Positions 1-9,019 are shown, counted from the stretch's first letter. The stretch is DNA of 64,000 bases from Candidatus Parcubacteria bacterium (GCA_018669975.1 JABHSK010000007.1:390-64389), one strand, 5' to 3'. Made by a program: numbers and translations. Notes: generated by a model not told the origin, from the letters alone.

Positions 1-368
1 ATGATCGTTATATTAGAACTTTTTGTGCTCGTAATCGTAACAGCCGCTGGTCTAATAACACCTTGAGCTATGCTGAGCAACTCATAAAAAATGGGTTAAT
101 GATGCCTAATGGCATGAAGTATTATGAGCTAGGAAAACAAAAACCAACTCATGACCATGGTATCCCCAAAAATCCCAGAATGCCAAAAGATCTCAAAAAA
201 ACTCTAGAACAAAATAAGCTAGCTAAACAAACCTTTGATTCTATAATCCCTTCTAAAAAGAAAATGATTTATCGTTGGATTCTTAGGGGTAAACTAGCGT
301 CAACTAGGGAAAAAAGGATTTCCTTGGTAAATAAAGAAATGAAAGCCGGTAATAAAAATTTTATGTAA
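1..368 (+). CDS. YdeI/OmdA-family protein (bacteriocin-protection-like); frame is open to the window start, so probably 5'-truncated
   Basis: C-terminal motif ...IPSKKKMIYRWILRGKLASTREKRISLVNKEM matches the YdeI/OmdA consensus. There is no in-frame stop upstream of position 63. Confidence 0.5.
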   Translation, partial: DRYIRTFCARNRNSRWSNNTLSYAEQLIKNGLMMPNGMKYYELGKQKPTHDHGIPKNPRMPKDLKKTLEQNKLAKQTFDSIIPSKKKMIYRWILRGKLASTREKRISLVNKEMKAGNKNFM

Positions 369-415
369 ATAAGTTCTTATAAGAAGTGTCACGGCTGGTA
401 AATCTTAATTTGTCT

Positions 416-480
416 ATAATAAGTTATAATCTCGTTTACTAGGTCCCGCCATTTACTATCGCCATTTAGGCGATTTTTTG
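416..480 (+). repeat. 65-bp intergenic repeat, copy 1; ends in a terminator-like hairpin (tcgcc..ggcga + T-run)
   Basis: About 88% identical to 1271..1336. Contains tataat, ctaggtcc and a hairpin followed by TTTTTT. Confidence 0.6.
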
Positions 481-493
481 ATATAATTATTCT

Positions 494-1261
494 ATGAGAA
501 AGAGTAAATTTCTACAGGCAGCTATTAGGGCCGCTAAAAAATCCGAAAAAGTAATTTTGAAATACTATTCCAATAATAGTATTAAATTTAATACTAAGAA
601 AGATAATTCTCCAGTAACTATCGCTGACGTTAAAGCTGAAAAAATTATAATTGATGAAATAAAAAAGAATTTTCCTAACCACAGTTTCTTAGGTGAAGAA
701 TCAGGCCAATCTAAAAATAATTCAGAGTATCAGTGGATTATAGATCCCATAGATGGAACAACAAACTTTACTAGAGGTATTCCTTTCTTTTCTACAGAGA
801 TAGCTTTGATGAAAAATGGTAAATTTATACTGGGAGTTTCTAATGCGCCAGCCCTACAAGAAATGCTTTATGCTGAAAAAGGCAAGGGAGCATATAAGGA
901 TAGTCAAAAAATTAGTGTCTCTAATATAAAAAATATAAAAGAAGCTTATTCTAGTACTGGTAGTTTGAAATATTTTGTACGGAATAAACAAGATAAAAAT
1001 TTATCTCATTTGAATAATGATATACGCAGACATAGGATCTTCGGTGATTTCTGGAATTATCATCTGTTAGCCTGCGGTAAGGTGGATATTGTTATAGAGG
1101 CTAATACTAAAATTTGGGACATAGCTGCTTTGTTGGTTATTGTAGAAGAGTCTGGCGGTAAGGTTACTGATATTACAGGCAAATCTATAGATATTAATTC
1201 TACAGACATTATTGCCACAAATGGTAAATTACATAGTAAAGTATTAAGTTATTTTAAGTAA
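494..1261 (+). CDS. Inositol monophosphatase family protein (SuhB/ImpA/HisN-like)
   Basis: The WIIDPIDGTTNF metal-binding motif and overall IMPase fold signature. Confidence 0.8.
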   Translation: MRKSKFLQAAIRAAKKSEKVILKYYSNNSIKFNTKKDNSPVTIADVKAEKIIIDEIKKNFPNHSFLGEESGQSKNNSEYQWIIDPIDGTTNFTRGIPFFSTEIALMKNGKFILGVSNAPALQEMLYAEKGKGAYKDSQKISVSNIKNIKEAYSSTGSLKYFVRNKQDKNLSHLNNDIRRHRIFGDFWNYHLLACGKVDIVIEANTKIWDIAALLVIVEESGGKVTDITGKSIDINSTDIIATNGKLHSKVLSYFK

Positions 1262-1270
1262 ATTTATTTT

Positions 1271-1336
1271 ATAATAAGTTATAATTTCGTTTACTAGGTC
1301 CCTCCATTTTTTGTCGCTATTTTGGCGATTTTTTGT
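1271..1336 (+). repeat. 65-bp intergenic repeat, copy 2
   Basis: Near-identical to 416..480. The hairpin tcgc-tatttt-ggcga is followed by TTTTTTG. Confidence 0.6.
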
Positions 1337-1456
1337 TTGGATAATTTTTTTTATAAAAAAAAGAAGAGCTGGTCAGGCTCTTCATTGTTTTGTGACCATG
1401 GAGTGTTCTGTAGGGTTTCTTGTGAGGATTAACTCGACAACCGGACCCAGGAATGG

Positions 1457-1969
1457 TTACTGACGGATACAGCCAGCCTGTCCAAGGATCCAAACACCAT
1501 GTTCGGTCATCTGGTAGCGACCATCTCTATAACTCAGGACATTCCTGGCAACCAGGTTGTCCAAGTTGACGTGGTCGTCATGACCTTGTATGTGTTGACT
1601 TAAGCGCTGGAATTCTTCCCAGGCAAATGGCATCCAGGTATCAGGACTGAGCTGAAGACTAACAGCCACCACGTTGCTGAGGGCTTTTTCCAGTTGATTG
1701 CTCTGTAGTTCTGTGCCCCTGGGGGTACGACTGTCGATGCATCGGGGACCGATTACATCGGTACCGTGTTGCAATTGAGAGCCACCATCGGTCCAGCTCT
1801 GGGTCAGTGGGTCGGAATTGAATTCATAGGAAATTTGTACTGTGTCACCATGTTTTTCGACCAACAGGCCGATGGCTTCGGCAACGCTTTTGCCTTGAGC
1901 TGAAGTTGCAGTATCCTTGATGCGAGCTTCAAAACCGCCCGGCAACCTTGTTATGATCAGCTTGATCAT
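1457..1969 (-). CDS. Hypothetical protein in a GC-rich islet; the N-terminus resembles the HicB/UPF0150-like fold
   Basis: About 55% GC versus ~33% in the flanks. The N-terminus reads ...LPGGFEARIKD...AQGKSVAEAIGLLVE. Confidence 0.35.
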   Translation of the reverse strand: MIKLIITRLPGGFEARIKDTATSAQGKSVAEAIGLLVEKHGDTVQISYEFNSDPLTQSWTDGGSQLQHGTDVIGPRCIDSRTPRGTELQSNQLEKALSNVVAVSLQLSPDTWMPFAWEEFQRLSQHIQGHDDHVNLDNLVARNVLSYRDGRYQMTEHGVWILGQAGCIRQ

Positions 1970-2028
1970 AATTCGACTCCTTTCGTAGTCGGGAATTACA
2001 GGTTTTACAATTTTTTCAAATCATCTTC

Positions 2029-2277
2029 TCAGGCTAGGCCTCTACGACGGAGCTCCATGGCTCCGACTACAGCAGAAAAAGTCTCGTCTTCGCTCATCAA
2101 TGGACCACCTTGGCGTTCGACCTCGACTTGAATGTCTTCGATCATATCCTCGGGGTGGCCAACTAAGCGCAGGCGAGTATAGAATGATTCTGGTGTGACA
2201 CCGCGAAGGGTGTGTAGGGACCGTAGCATTGTAGCTGCACCCATTACCCGTAGGCTACGAGTAGCTTGATCAAGCAT
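2029..2277 (-). CDS. Hypothetical protein in the GC-rich islet
   Basis: A GC-rich ORF co-oriented with 1457..1969. No recognisable motif. Confidence 0.35.
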   Translation of the reverse strand: MLDQATRSLRVMGAATMLRSLHTLRGVTPESFYTRLRLVGHPEDMIEDIQVEVERQGGPLMSEDETFSAVVGAMELRRRGLA

Positions 2278-2314
2278 AATAACTGAATATCAAAAAAATC
2301 GAGTGGTTTATTAT

Positions 2315-2364
2315 GTCAGGTTTCCAACCTGAAGAGAGGGGTTCGATTCCCCTTACCCGCTCCA
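2315..2364 (+). other. 3' partial tRNA-Gly(TCC): anticodon arm, T-arm and acceptor 3' strand plus CCA, with no 5' half. Possible att-site remnant.
   Basis: Anticodon stem tcagg/cctga with loop tttccaa, T-arm aggggttcgattcccct and acceptor tacccgc-t-cca. No complementary 5' acceptor strand or D-arm upstream. Confidence 0.55.
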
Positions 2365-2437
2365 AAAAATTCGCCATGATTGGCGTTTTTTGTTATACTA
2401 TAAATATTAAATATTTTTAATAATTTATTATAAAATT

Positions 2438-3142
2438 ATGCTAGGTAAAATGCTAGGTGCTAAAATTATCAAGGATCAACTAGATCAAAATTTAACACCA
2501 GAACAAAAAAAAATATTGTCTGATCCAAATTTTGCTCCAGATGTTGTAGATAAGCTAGGGAAAGACGCAAAAATATCCTTAGTTAAGGCGTTAACTAAAA
2601 TGAAAAAAGGAGTTGAATGGATGGGGAAATTGAAGAATCCGAGAGATATGGCAATTGAATTTCAACAAGGTGAAGATAAAAGGAAATACGATGATCGACT
2701 TGACCATAAAAAGTCAGCATCATATAAAGAATATGCCGATGCTAGAGGAATAGAAATAGAAAAAGATAGCCCTATACATGAAATTATTTTACGAGTAAAA
2801 AGCATAATAGCACAGAGGATTACAGGAGGAGAATTAATTGAAGATCCAGAATTAGCAAAAATGAGAGATAATTATACAGAAGTTTTACGAAATATTATTT
2901 TACAACGTATTGAAGAAGAGGAGGAAGAATTGCCGAAGGATTTAAACGATATTATTGAAGAAAATTCCTGGGGAACAATAAATTCAGATTTTTATAATAA
3001 ATTGAATCCACAGGATGATAATAATGAAAGAAGTATAAATTTTCTCAAAGATGATGAAGGGTTTACACATAGGGCAGAGGCAATGATTGCTGCTTTAAAT
3101 AATCCTAATACGAATGAAGAATTACAAATTGACGAGGAATAA
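2438..3142 (+). CDS. Hypothetical protein (very AT-rich, acidic, coiled-coil-like)
   Basis: ORF with an AT-rich upstream region. No motif recognised. Confidence 0.4.
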   Translation: MLGKMLGAKIIKDQLDQNLTPEQKKILSDPNFAPDVVDKLGKDAKISLVKALTKMKKGVEWMGKLKNPRDMAIEFQQGEDKRKYDDRLDHKKSASYKEYADARGIEIEKDSPIHEIILRVKSIIAQRITGGELIEDPELAKMRDNYTEVLRNIILQRIEEEEEELPKDLNDIIEENSWGTINSDFYNKLNPQDDNNERSINFLKDDEGFTHRAEAMIAALNNPNTNEELQIDEE

Positions 3143-3147
3143 CAATT

Positions 3148-3423
3148 ATGACACACGAAGAACTAAAAATATATATTAAAACACTTACTCATTTAAAGGA
3201 ATCAAAAATTAAAAAATATTTAGAGCAAGTAGATGAGTTAAAAAAAGAAGATATCCCAAAGGTGTATACATACTTATTTAAAAAAACTGCAGATTATTAT
3301 GCAGATATTGGTGGTGTTATTAATAAAATTGAAAAAGAAATTGACGAGGAATTATATAAATATAAGATCGCTAAAGACAAAAAAAATTTAGATGTGGTTA
3401 GAAATCAAATAGATGATTTATAA
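3148..3423 (+). CDS. Hypothetical protein
   Basis: Small ORF tightly coupled to 2438..3142. Confidence 0.35.
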   Translation: MTHEELKIYIKTLTHLKESKIKKYLEQVDELKKEDIPKVYTYLFKKTADYYADIGGVINKIEKEIDEELYKYKIAKDKKNLDVVRNQIDDL

Positions 3424-3532
3424 GAATATAATTAAAAAGCCCGTGATGTCCGCGATAATAATTTTTTGCCATCTCTTAGTGTTTGTTTTTCATTAATTAT
3501 CAAGGCTTATGAAATATTTTATAACTCAGGTA

Positions 3533-3562
3533 TAAAAAACACCCAGAAGGGTGCTTTTTTGT
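3533..3562. terminator. Bidirectional rho-independent terminator
   Basis: The hairpin aaaaacaccc-agaa-gggtg is followed by cttttttg. Confidence 0.6.
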
Positions 3563-3597
3563 TTGTATTGATATTTGAATTTATTAGCAAGTGCATA

Positions 3598-4050
3598 CTA
3601 ATAGAATCTTTGATCTCCAAACCATTTTTTGTATAATTTTTTATATTCGCCGTTTTCTTTTAATTTTAAGATTATTCGATTGACTTGTTCACGTAAAGGA
3701 CTGTTTTCAGGAAAAGAAAAGCCATAAACCTGTTTTTTAAATAAATTATTTGCTAAAATAAATCTATCTGATTTATCTTCTTTGATATACTTATAGAGTA
3801 TGGGAGCATCAAATACAACTGCTTCTACAGTCTCTTTTTCCAACATTTTATAAGCTTCTTTGATAGTGTTGGTTTCTATTACATTAGCTCCTAGTTGCTG
3901 AAGAATTTTAACACTAGTTGTATTTCCTTTAGTGGCAACTTTTTTTGCTTTAAGATCATCCGGACTAGAAATATTTGATTTAGAGGAGTTTTCAATCCCA
4001 TGGTCGGAACATATGATTAATTTAAATAAAATTTTAAAGTAATATGTCAG
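3598..4050 (-). pseudogene. Amino-acid ABC transporter substrate-binding protein (SBP_bac_3), C-terminal fragment lacking a start codon and the N-terminal lobe
   Basis: ...KAKKVATKGNTTSV...AVVFDAPILYKYIKE...KKLYKKWFG is the lobe-2/C-terminal signature. The frame opens at a stop at 4051 with no ATG/GTG/TTG until 3846. GC content jumps at 4054. Confidence 0.45.
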
Positions 4051-4198
4051 TCACTAAGTTTCAAAAATCATGGCAAAATTATCGTGATCAGGAGCTGACC
4101 CAAAATTTCGAGTGACAGGCTTTTGCGGCGACTGACCTGTTCTTTGCAGAGAACGCAGGTATGCATCTTGGGAGGCATAATCATGCTCCTTTGTAGGT

Positions 4199-4762
4199 TT
4201 AACTGAGAAATCTCCACAGTAGAGTGATCCAGACGACGACTGTTGTTGCTGCTGCACCAGGATCGAGACGTTTTTGTCTGACGATATTTAGTCCGACTGT
4301 CGACAGAGTAACATGAGAACCAAGTAGTATGGTAATCCACTTGAGATCATGATGACTAATGTCGTCAGTTAAGAAGTAGAACAAAAATGTCAGACCAAGA
4401 TATCCAGCCATAAAGATTACATGGATTGATCCAGCAACCGTTAAAGATTTTTTGGCAACCAGGTTATGGTCTGATGGTTGGGTTTTAATCCAAAGGATAT
4501 GCATGGGAACAGATATGAGTAGTCCAATTAGCCAGGCTATCAGCAGACCTATAAAAGACCACTGAGTGTGATAGCTGAAAATTATTCCAGCTAGCCAGGG
4601 TAGAAGTAGTACATCTGCCCAAAGGGCGACATGAGATATACAGGAAAATCCTTCATGAAAGCCGTGGCGTTTCATTTGCTTGTCTGTTAGATCACCGCGT
4701 ATAGCGGAACTAATCCACATCGCTAATGCTAGCGCCAGAAAGGCTATGAATCCTAAGTTCAT
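4199..4762 (-). CDS. Hypothetical polytopic membrane protein
   Basis: Multiple hydrophobic segments. It is preceded by a promoter-leader cassette with the RBS aaggag. Confidence 0.5.
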   Translation of the reverse strand: MNLGFIAFLALALAMWISSAIRGDLTDKQMKRHGFHEGFSCISHVALWADVLLLPWLAGIIFSYHTQWSFIGLLIAWLIGLLISVPMHILWIKTQPSDHNLVAKKSLTVAGSIHVIFMAGYLGLTFLFYFLTDDISHHDLKWITILLGSHVTLSTVGLNIVRQKRLDPGAAATTVVVWITLLWRFLS

Positions 4763-4870
4763 TAGAAACTCCTTTGTAAAGGTTCGTGTACATAAAAATA
4801 CTTATAAATATAGCACAAAATAGCCTTTTTGTCAATAGATAAATAAAAAACCTGCCGAGGTGTACTCGAC
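4763..4870 (-). promoter_or_regulatory. Terminator-promoter-leader cassette, copy A (TTGACA-17-TATATT, ~45-nt leader, RBS)
   Basis: About 85% identical to 10046..10153. The minus-strand sequence is ttgacaaaaaggctattttgtgctatatt...aaaggag..ATG. Confidence 0.55.
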
Positions 4871-4883
4871 AGGCATAAATAAT

Positions 4884-6089
4884 TTATTCCAACCAAATAG
4901 GTGCTGACAGGCCTTTTCCTTTGCCTCTGTGTACGAGGAAGAAATTTTGCTGAGGAGGCTCGTAGCTAGCTTTGATATTCAGCGCATAGGCGTTGAAACC
5001 AATTAGTGAGCCGTTACAGACAAAATTGGCCATATTGTGGTATTGGTGGAAGTGAGCAAAAACATCGACATCAGCTCGACGAGCTTTGTTCCACTGTGCA
5101 ATGGCCTTGTTGACTGGAATGGTGATCCCACCAACGCCGCCACCGTAACGAATGGCATGACCATGATGGAAGCGCAACATGTAGCCGTAGACATCCATAT
5201 AGGTATGGTAGCCATCAGCAATAATGAACTCGACTCTTTTTTCACCGCGGAAATGAAGAGCCAGGTTGTAATACATATAGCGTTCCAGGGAATTGCCTTG
5301 TTCGGTGCTGTAGTGGACACGTTTGGTCATGCGACTGTGATTGCCGACATTGCAAACGATTACAAGATCACACTTGCTGTGATTGAGCAAAAAATTGATC
5401 CCAGAGATGAGCATGTTCTGCACAAACCAAATTGCCTCGGCTGGCAACATAGAGTTGTTTTCTTGCAACTCTTCATGGATAGTATTGGAGATGAAATCTC
5501 CGAGTAGAGCCATGACAATGGTTTTGATACGGGCATCACGCTGGGCATTACGGACCAGCTTAGTGCTATTACTGAAAAACTTTTTCCCTCTGGCAATAGC
5601 GATATCGGGATCAAACTCATTGAGCCCACTTACAGTGGCAGGGTTGACGGTTTCGTCTACGTGCCAGTCACTGGCTGAAATTACAGCTGTAGCTTCAGTA
5701 GTGCCAGCCTTACTGGGACGAATAGTCATAGTTTGCGGAGTTTGACGTAGTTGTACCACAGCATCAAGCTTGGCTTGCAGCTCTTCATAGTCAGCTGCCA
5801 GTCGTCTGTACTTTTTGGTGGTGGTACGTTTGTCTAAGCGAGCTCGGAAGATTTTTTGGTCTTGCGCAACTGTTGTGGCGAGTACCTCAGGATCAACACG
5901 ACCCAATTCCAGCTCTTCCATTTTGAGGATGACTGATTCTTTGGATCGACCCAAGGCTTTGGCCAGTTGTTCGTCTCCCATATGAACGTAATTTTCGGTT
6001 AGCCAAGCCACGTCGGCACGTGACCAGCGACCTTTTTTACGTCCCTTTTTAGCAACGGGAGTTTTCCCTCTGGTTTTCTTGGCGGCCAT
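4884..6089 (-). CDS. Calcineurin-like metallophosphoesterase with a basic, HTH-like N-terminal extension
   Basis: Phosphoesterase motifs D-x-H (SDWHVD), GD (LLGDFIS), GNH (VGNHSR) and GHxH (HHGHAIRYGG). The N-terminus reads MAAKKTRGK...GRWSRADVAWL. GC-rich. Confidence 0.6.
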   Translation of the reverse strand: MAAKKTRGKTPVAKKGRKKGRWSRADVAWLTENYVHMGDEQLAKALGRSKESVILKMEELELGRVDPEVLATTVAQDQKIFRARLDKRTTTKKYRRLAADYEELQAKLDAVVQLRQTPQTMTIRPSKAGTTEATAVISASDWHVDETVNPATVSGLNEFDPDIAIARGKKFFSNSTKLVRNAQRDARIKTIVMALLGDFISNTIHEELQENNSMLPAEAIWFVQNMLISGINFLLNHSKCDLVIVCNVGNHSRMTKRVHYSTEQGNSLERYMYYNLALHFRGEKRVEFIIADGYHTYMDVYGYMLRFHHGHAIRYGGGVGGITIPVNKAIAQWNKARRADVDVFAHFHQYHNMANFVCNGSLIGFNAYALNIKASYEPPQQNFFLVHRGKGKGLSAPIWLE

Positions 6090-6387
6090 GTTTTTACACT
6101 CCTTTAGTGTAGGGGTAATTGTTTGGGTTGGATTATTATTAAGGAACTATGCATAAAGCAGTTGATTTAGCTGATAATTAGTTATTACTGCCTCCTTTTA
6201 GGATTATCAACTGCGGAAAAAGACATTGGAGTATTTTAGTATTTTTAGTCATTTTTGTCAATAAGATTACTTTTTTGGTAAATATTAAGCATCCTTGCTT
6301 TTTTAATAATGTCAGCGTACAATGGAGAATGTTTAAATCGTTGTTTTAACAATTAAAACTTCCTAATAGAAGAAGGAGGGGTTCGAC

Positions 6388-8466
6388 ATGAGAGTAGTAT
6401 TAGGAGCAATGCTCCAAGTTATCCTTTGGTCTAGTTTTATGATAACCGTCAGAAGTATTTTGCATGAATTTGCCCGGCAATGTATTGCTGCTGGGGCAGT
6501 TCTTAGGGGCAGGAAAGTCCTCAACGTTGTCATTATTAAGTCATCTAGATATGACAGTGAAGATGGTTTTGTCTGGCGTAATTGGAAGGCAATTCTGCCT
6601 AGTAATACTCAGGCAACCATTTATAGTCTAGTTAAAGATATTCAAACAAATTGGCGTTTGGGTATGAAAACTGTGATTATCACACGAGAATATGATGAGA
6701 CTGTTCAGGATGTAAATCCGGCACGGATTACTCGTCTCTGTAATACGTTTTCCGCACAGACATTAGTTATGGTAGTAGGTGTTCAAACAAACGAGTTTGC
6801 TAGAGCTTCCGATGTTGCTTTGGATTTTCAAGCAAGAGGAATTCAGGCGATTATCGGTGGTTTTCATGTTTCGGGAGTACTTAAGGTATTTCCAAGAGAT
6901 GGAAGTGAACTTAGTTGCAGAGCGCACAGGGAAATGGGTCTAGATAGACTGACAGACAAAGGTGTTTCGCTTTTTGCTGGTGAAGCAGAGGGCAGGATGC
7001 TTAATTTGTTGTTGGACTTCATGAATAATCAGTTTCAGAGGGTGTACGATTATTTGTTAGATCCTCCGGATTTAACAAATGAAGCTGTGCCAGAGCCAGT
7101 CTGGTCCATTCGTCATCATTTTATCTTTCCTGGATCAAGTACTGTTGATACCTGTAGGGGTTGTCCCTTCAAGTGTACATATTGTACTATCAAAAATGTT
7201 CAGGGTAGGAAAATTCGTGCTCGAGGTGTTCCAGTGTACGTCGATGGGTTACGTCGTAATTGGCGACAAGGTATCAATGCTTATTTTGTCACTTCAGACA
7301 ATGAAGCTAGGGACCCTCTTTGGCCTGAGCGTTTTGAAGCTCAGATTGCTATGCGTGAGCAGGAGGGGATTGAAACCGGTTTTATGGTGCAGGTAGACAC
7401 ACAGTGTCATAAGATTCAAGGATTCATACCTCAAGCTGCCGCTGCAGGCTGCAATGCTGCTTTCATCGGTTTGGAGACTGTTAATCCTGACAATCTTCAA
7501 GCAGTAGACAAGAAGCAGAATCGTGTCAGTGAATATCATGACCTTAATGAAGCCTTGCGTAAGCACGGAATAGCTATACAGTATGGCTATATGATTGGTC
7601 TGCCCCATGACACTTTTGATTCTGTAGTGCGCGATGTTGACACTTTGATTGAGTTGGAACCCGACTTGACCACCTTCTTTATCGCTACACCTTTACCAGG
7701 AGCAGATGACCATCAGGGATTCTTCAAGGCTGGGATAGCTATGGATAGCGACCCCAATGCCTATGATTGTTTTTCCAGAGTTGTAATGGACCATCCTCTA
7801 ATGAGTAGGGAAGAGCTTTTGAGGGCGTATCAGTACGCCTGGCAAAAGATGTACTCAGTAGAGAATATGGTTCGTATCCTGAAAAACAATACTGGAGAGT
7901 ACTACTGGCGTAGATTCTGGAGTTTGACCTGGTATAAGTACGCTTTAGATGTAGCTGAGCGCCATCCGATGATTACGGGCTTTGTCCGTTTGCGCAGTCG
8001 TCACTCCCGACGAAAGACCTTTCCTCAAATGAGTTGGGGTAAATTTCAGCTTTACAACCTGATGGAAAATATCAGGATGTGGAGGAAAACCCTGAGGTTG
8101 GGAAAAACCATGATAGAGACATGGCTCCAATCTCGTCAGCGGAGTGAGATAGAGCAGAGGATTGGTAACTTGGTTGCCTCTCGCGGTGGTAAATGGGTGT
8201 CACTAAGAGTGATAGACCTAAAAGAAGTTTACCGAGCGCAAGGTCTAAAAGTTCCTAGTGTTTCTCAGCTCGTCAGTCAGATGATTACGGCCAGAACAAC
8301 TCGGCAAGACATCGAGGAGAATTGGACTGCCTTGAAGTATAAAATTTCCAGAGGTAAAGTCTGGGAGCTTCTCAGGCCCAATTCAATTCGTTTTGTACTG
8401 ACTGATATTTGTCTACACCTTCTCTTTATTAAAGAGCTCTTAACGGGCTCCCGTACAAACATCTAG
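6388..8466 (+). CDS. B12-binding domain radical SAM protein with a long C-terminal extension (DUF4070-like)
   Basis: The C-x3-C-x2-C motif CPFKCTYC follows an N-terminal cobalamin-binding-like domain. A strong RBS gaaggagggg precedes the ATG. Confidence 0.7.
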   Translation: MRVVLGAMLQVILWSSFMITVRSILHEFARQCIAAGAVLRGRKVLNVVIIKSSRYDSEDGFVWRNWKAILPSNTQATIYSLVKDIQTNWRLGMKTVIITREYDETVQDVNPARITRLCNTFSAQTLVMVVGVQTNEFARASDVALDFQARGIQAIIGGFHVSGVLKVFPRDGSELSCRAHREMGLDRLTDKGVSLFAGEAEGRMLNLLLDFMNNQFQRVYDYLLDPPDLTNEAVPEPVWSIRHHFIFPGSSTVDTCRGCPFKCTYCTIKNVQGRKIRARGVPVYVDGLRRNWRQGINAYFVTSDNEARDPLWPERFEAQIAMREQEGIETGFMVQVDTQCHKIQGFIPQAAAAGCNAAFIGLETVNPDNLQAVDKKQNRVSEYHDLNEALRKHGIAIQYGYMIGLPHDTFDSVVRDVDTLIELEPDLTTFFIATPLPGADDHQGFFKAGIAMDSDPNAYDCFSRVVMDHPLMSREELLRAYQYAWQKMYSVENMVRILKNNTGEYYWRRFWSLTWYKYALDVAERHPMITGFVRLRSRHSRRKTFPQMSWGKFQLYNLMENIRMWRKTLRLGKTMIETWLQSRQRSEIEQRIGNLVASRGGKWVSLRVIDLKEVYRAQGLKVPSVSQLVSQMITARTTRQDIEENWTALKYKISRGKVWELLRPNSIRFVLTDICLHLLFIKELLTGSRTNI

Positions 8467-8484
8467 GAGGTTTTGTTATTTGTG

Positions 8485-8527
8485 TCCCGCGGTTTTGTCA
8501 TGGTATGACAGGCCGCGGGTTTTTTAT
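8485..8527 (+). terminator. Rho-independent terminator
   Basis: The stem cccgcgg...ccgcggg is followed by ttttttatt. Confidence 0.55.
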
Positions 8528-8554
8528 TCATGCAGTTTTTGCTATAATATATAC

Positions 8555-8950
8555 ATGGTAGACAAAAAACAAAAAAAACAACTAATATTTTTTTCCTTAG
8601 CTGTTTTATGGGGGATGTTAATCTTTTATTTATCTTCTACACCAAATTTATCTAGTGGTCTACCTAGTACTTATGATTTGATTTTGAGGAAAACAGCCCA
8701 TGTGGTGGTATTTATGGTTTTGACTTACTTAATTGCTAGTAGTTTTGATAGTCATAATAGGCGCTATCTTTTATTTGTTATTGTAGTAGCTGTTGTCTAT
8801 GCTTTTATAGATGAATTACATCAGGTATTTGTAGTTACTAGATCGGGTAATCCAACAGATATTATTATTGATTCAGTGGGGGTGTACTTTGGTATATGGT
8901 TGTACAAACATCAACCTCCAAATAAACTATTTAAAAAATTTATAAAATAG
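8555..8950 (+). CDS. VanZ-like family membrane protein
   Basis: RKTAHVVVFMVLTYL...DELHQVFVVTRSGNPTDIIIDSVG is the VanZ signature. The start is at the MVDKKQ ATG. Confidence 0.65.
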   Translation: MVDKKQKKQLIFFSLAVLWGMLIFYLSSTPNLSSGLPSTYDLILRKTAHVVVFMVLTYLIASSFDSHNRRYLLFVIVVAVVYAFIDELHQVFVVTRSGNPTDIIIDSVGVYFGIWLYKHQPPNKLFKKFIK

Positions 8951-9019
8951 AAACAGGCCGCGTGAACGTTCACACGGCCTGTGCTTTTTTAGGGTGGAGG
9001 AGTTATGCGAACATAGGAG

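Noticed and set aside
3847-4050. Treating 3598..3846 as a complete 82-aa gene
   Set aside because: The frame is open for another ~70 codons upstream with continuous SBP_bac_3 homology, so the ATG at 3846 is internal. The locus is better described as a truncated gene.
4054-5745. Multiple overlapping ORFs on both strands inside the GC-rich insertion (4054..4257, 4068..4340, 5003..5320, 5037..5507, 5360..5629, 5383..5745)
   Set aside because: These are shadow ORFs, typical of GC-rich DNA. Only 4199..4762 and 4884..6089 have coherent motifs, hydrophobicity patterns and RBSs.
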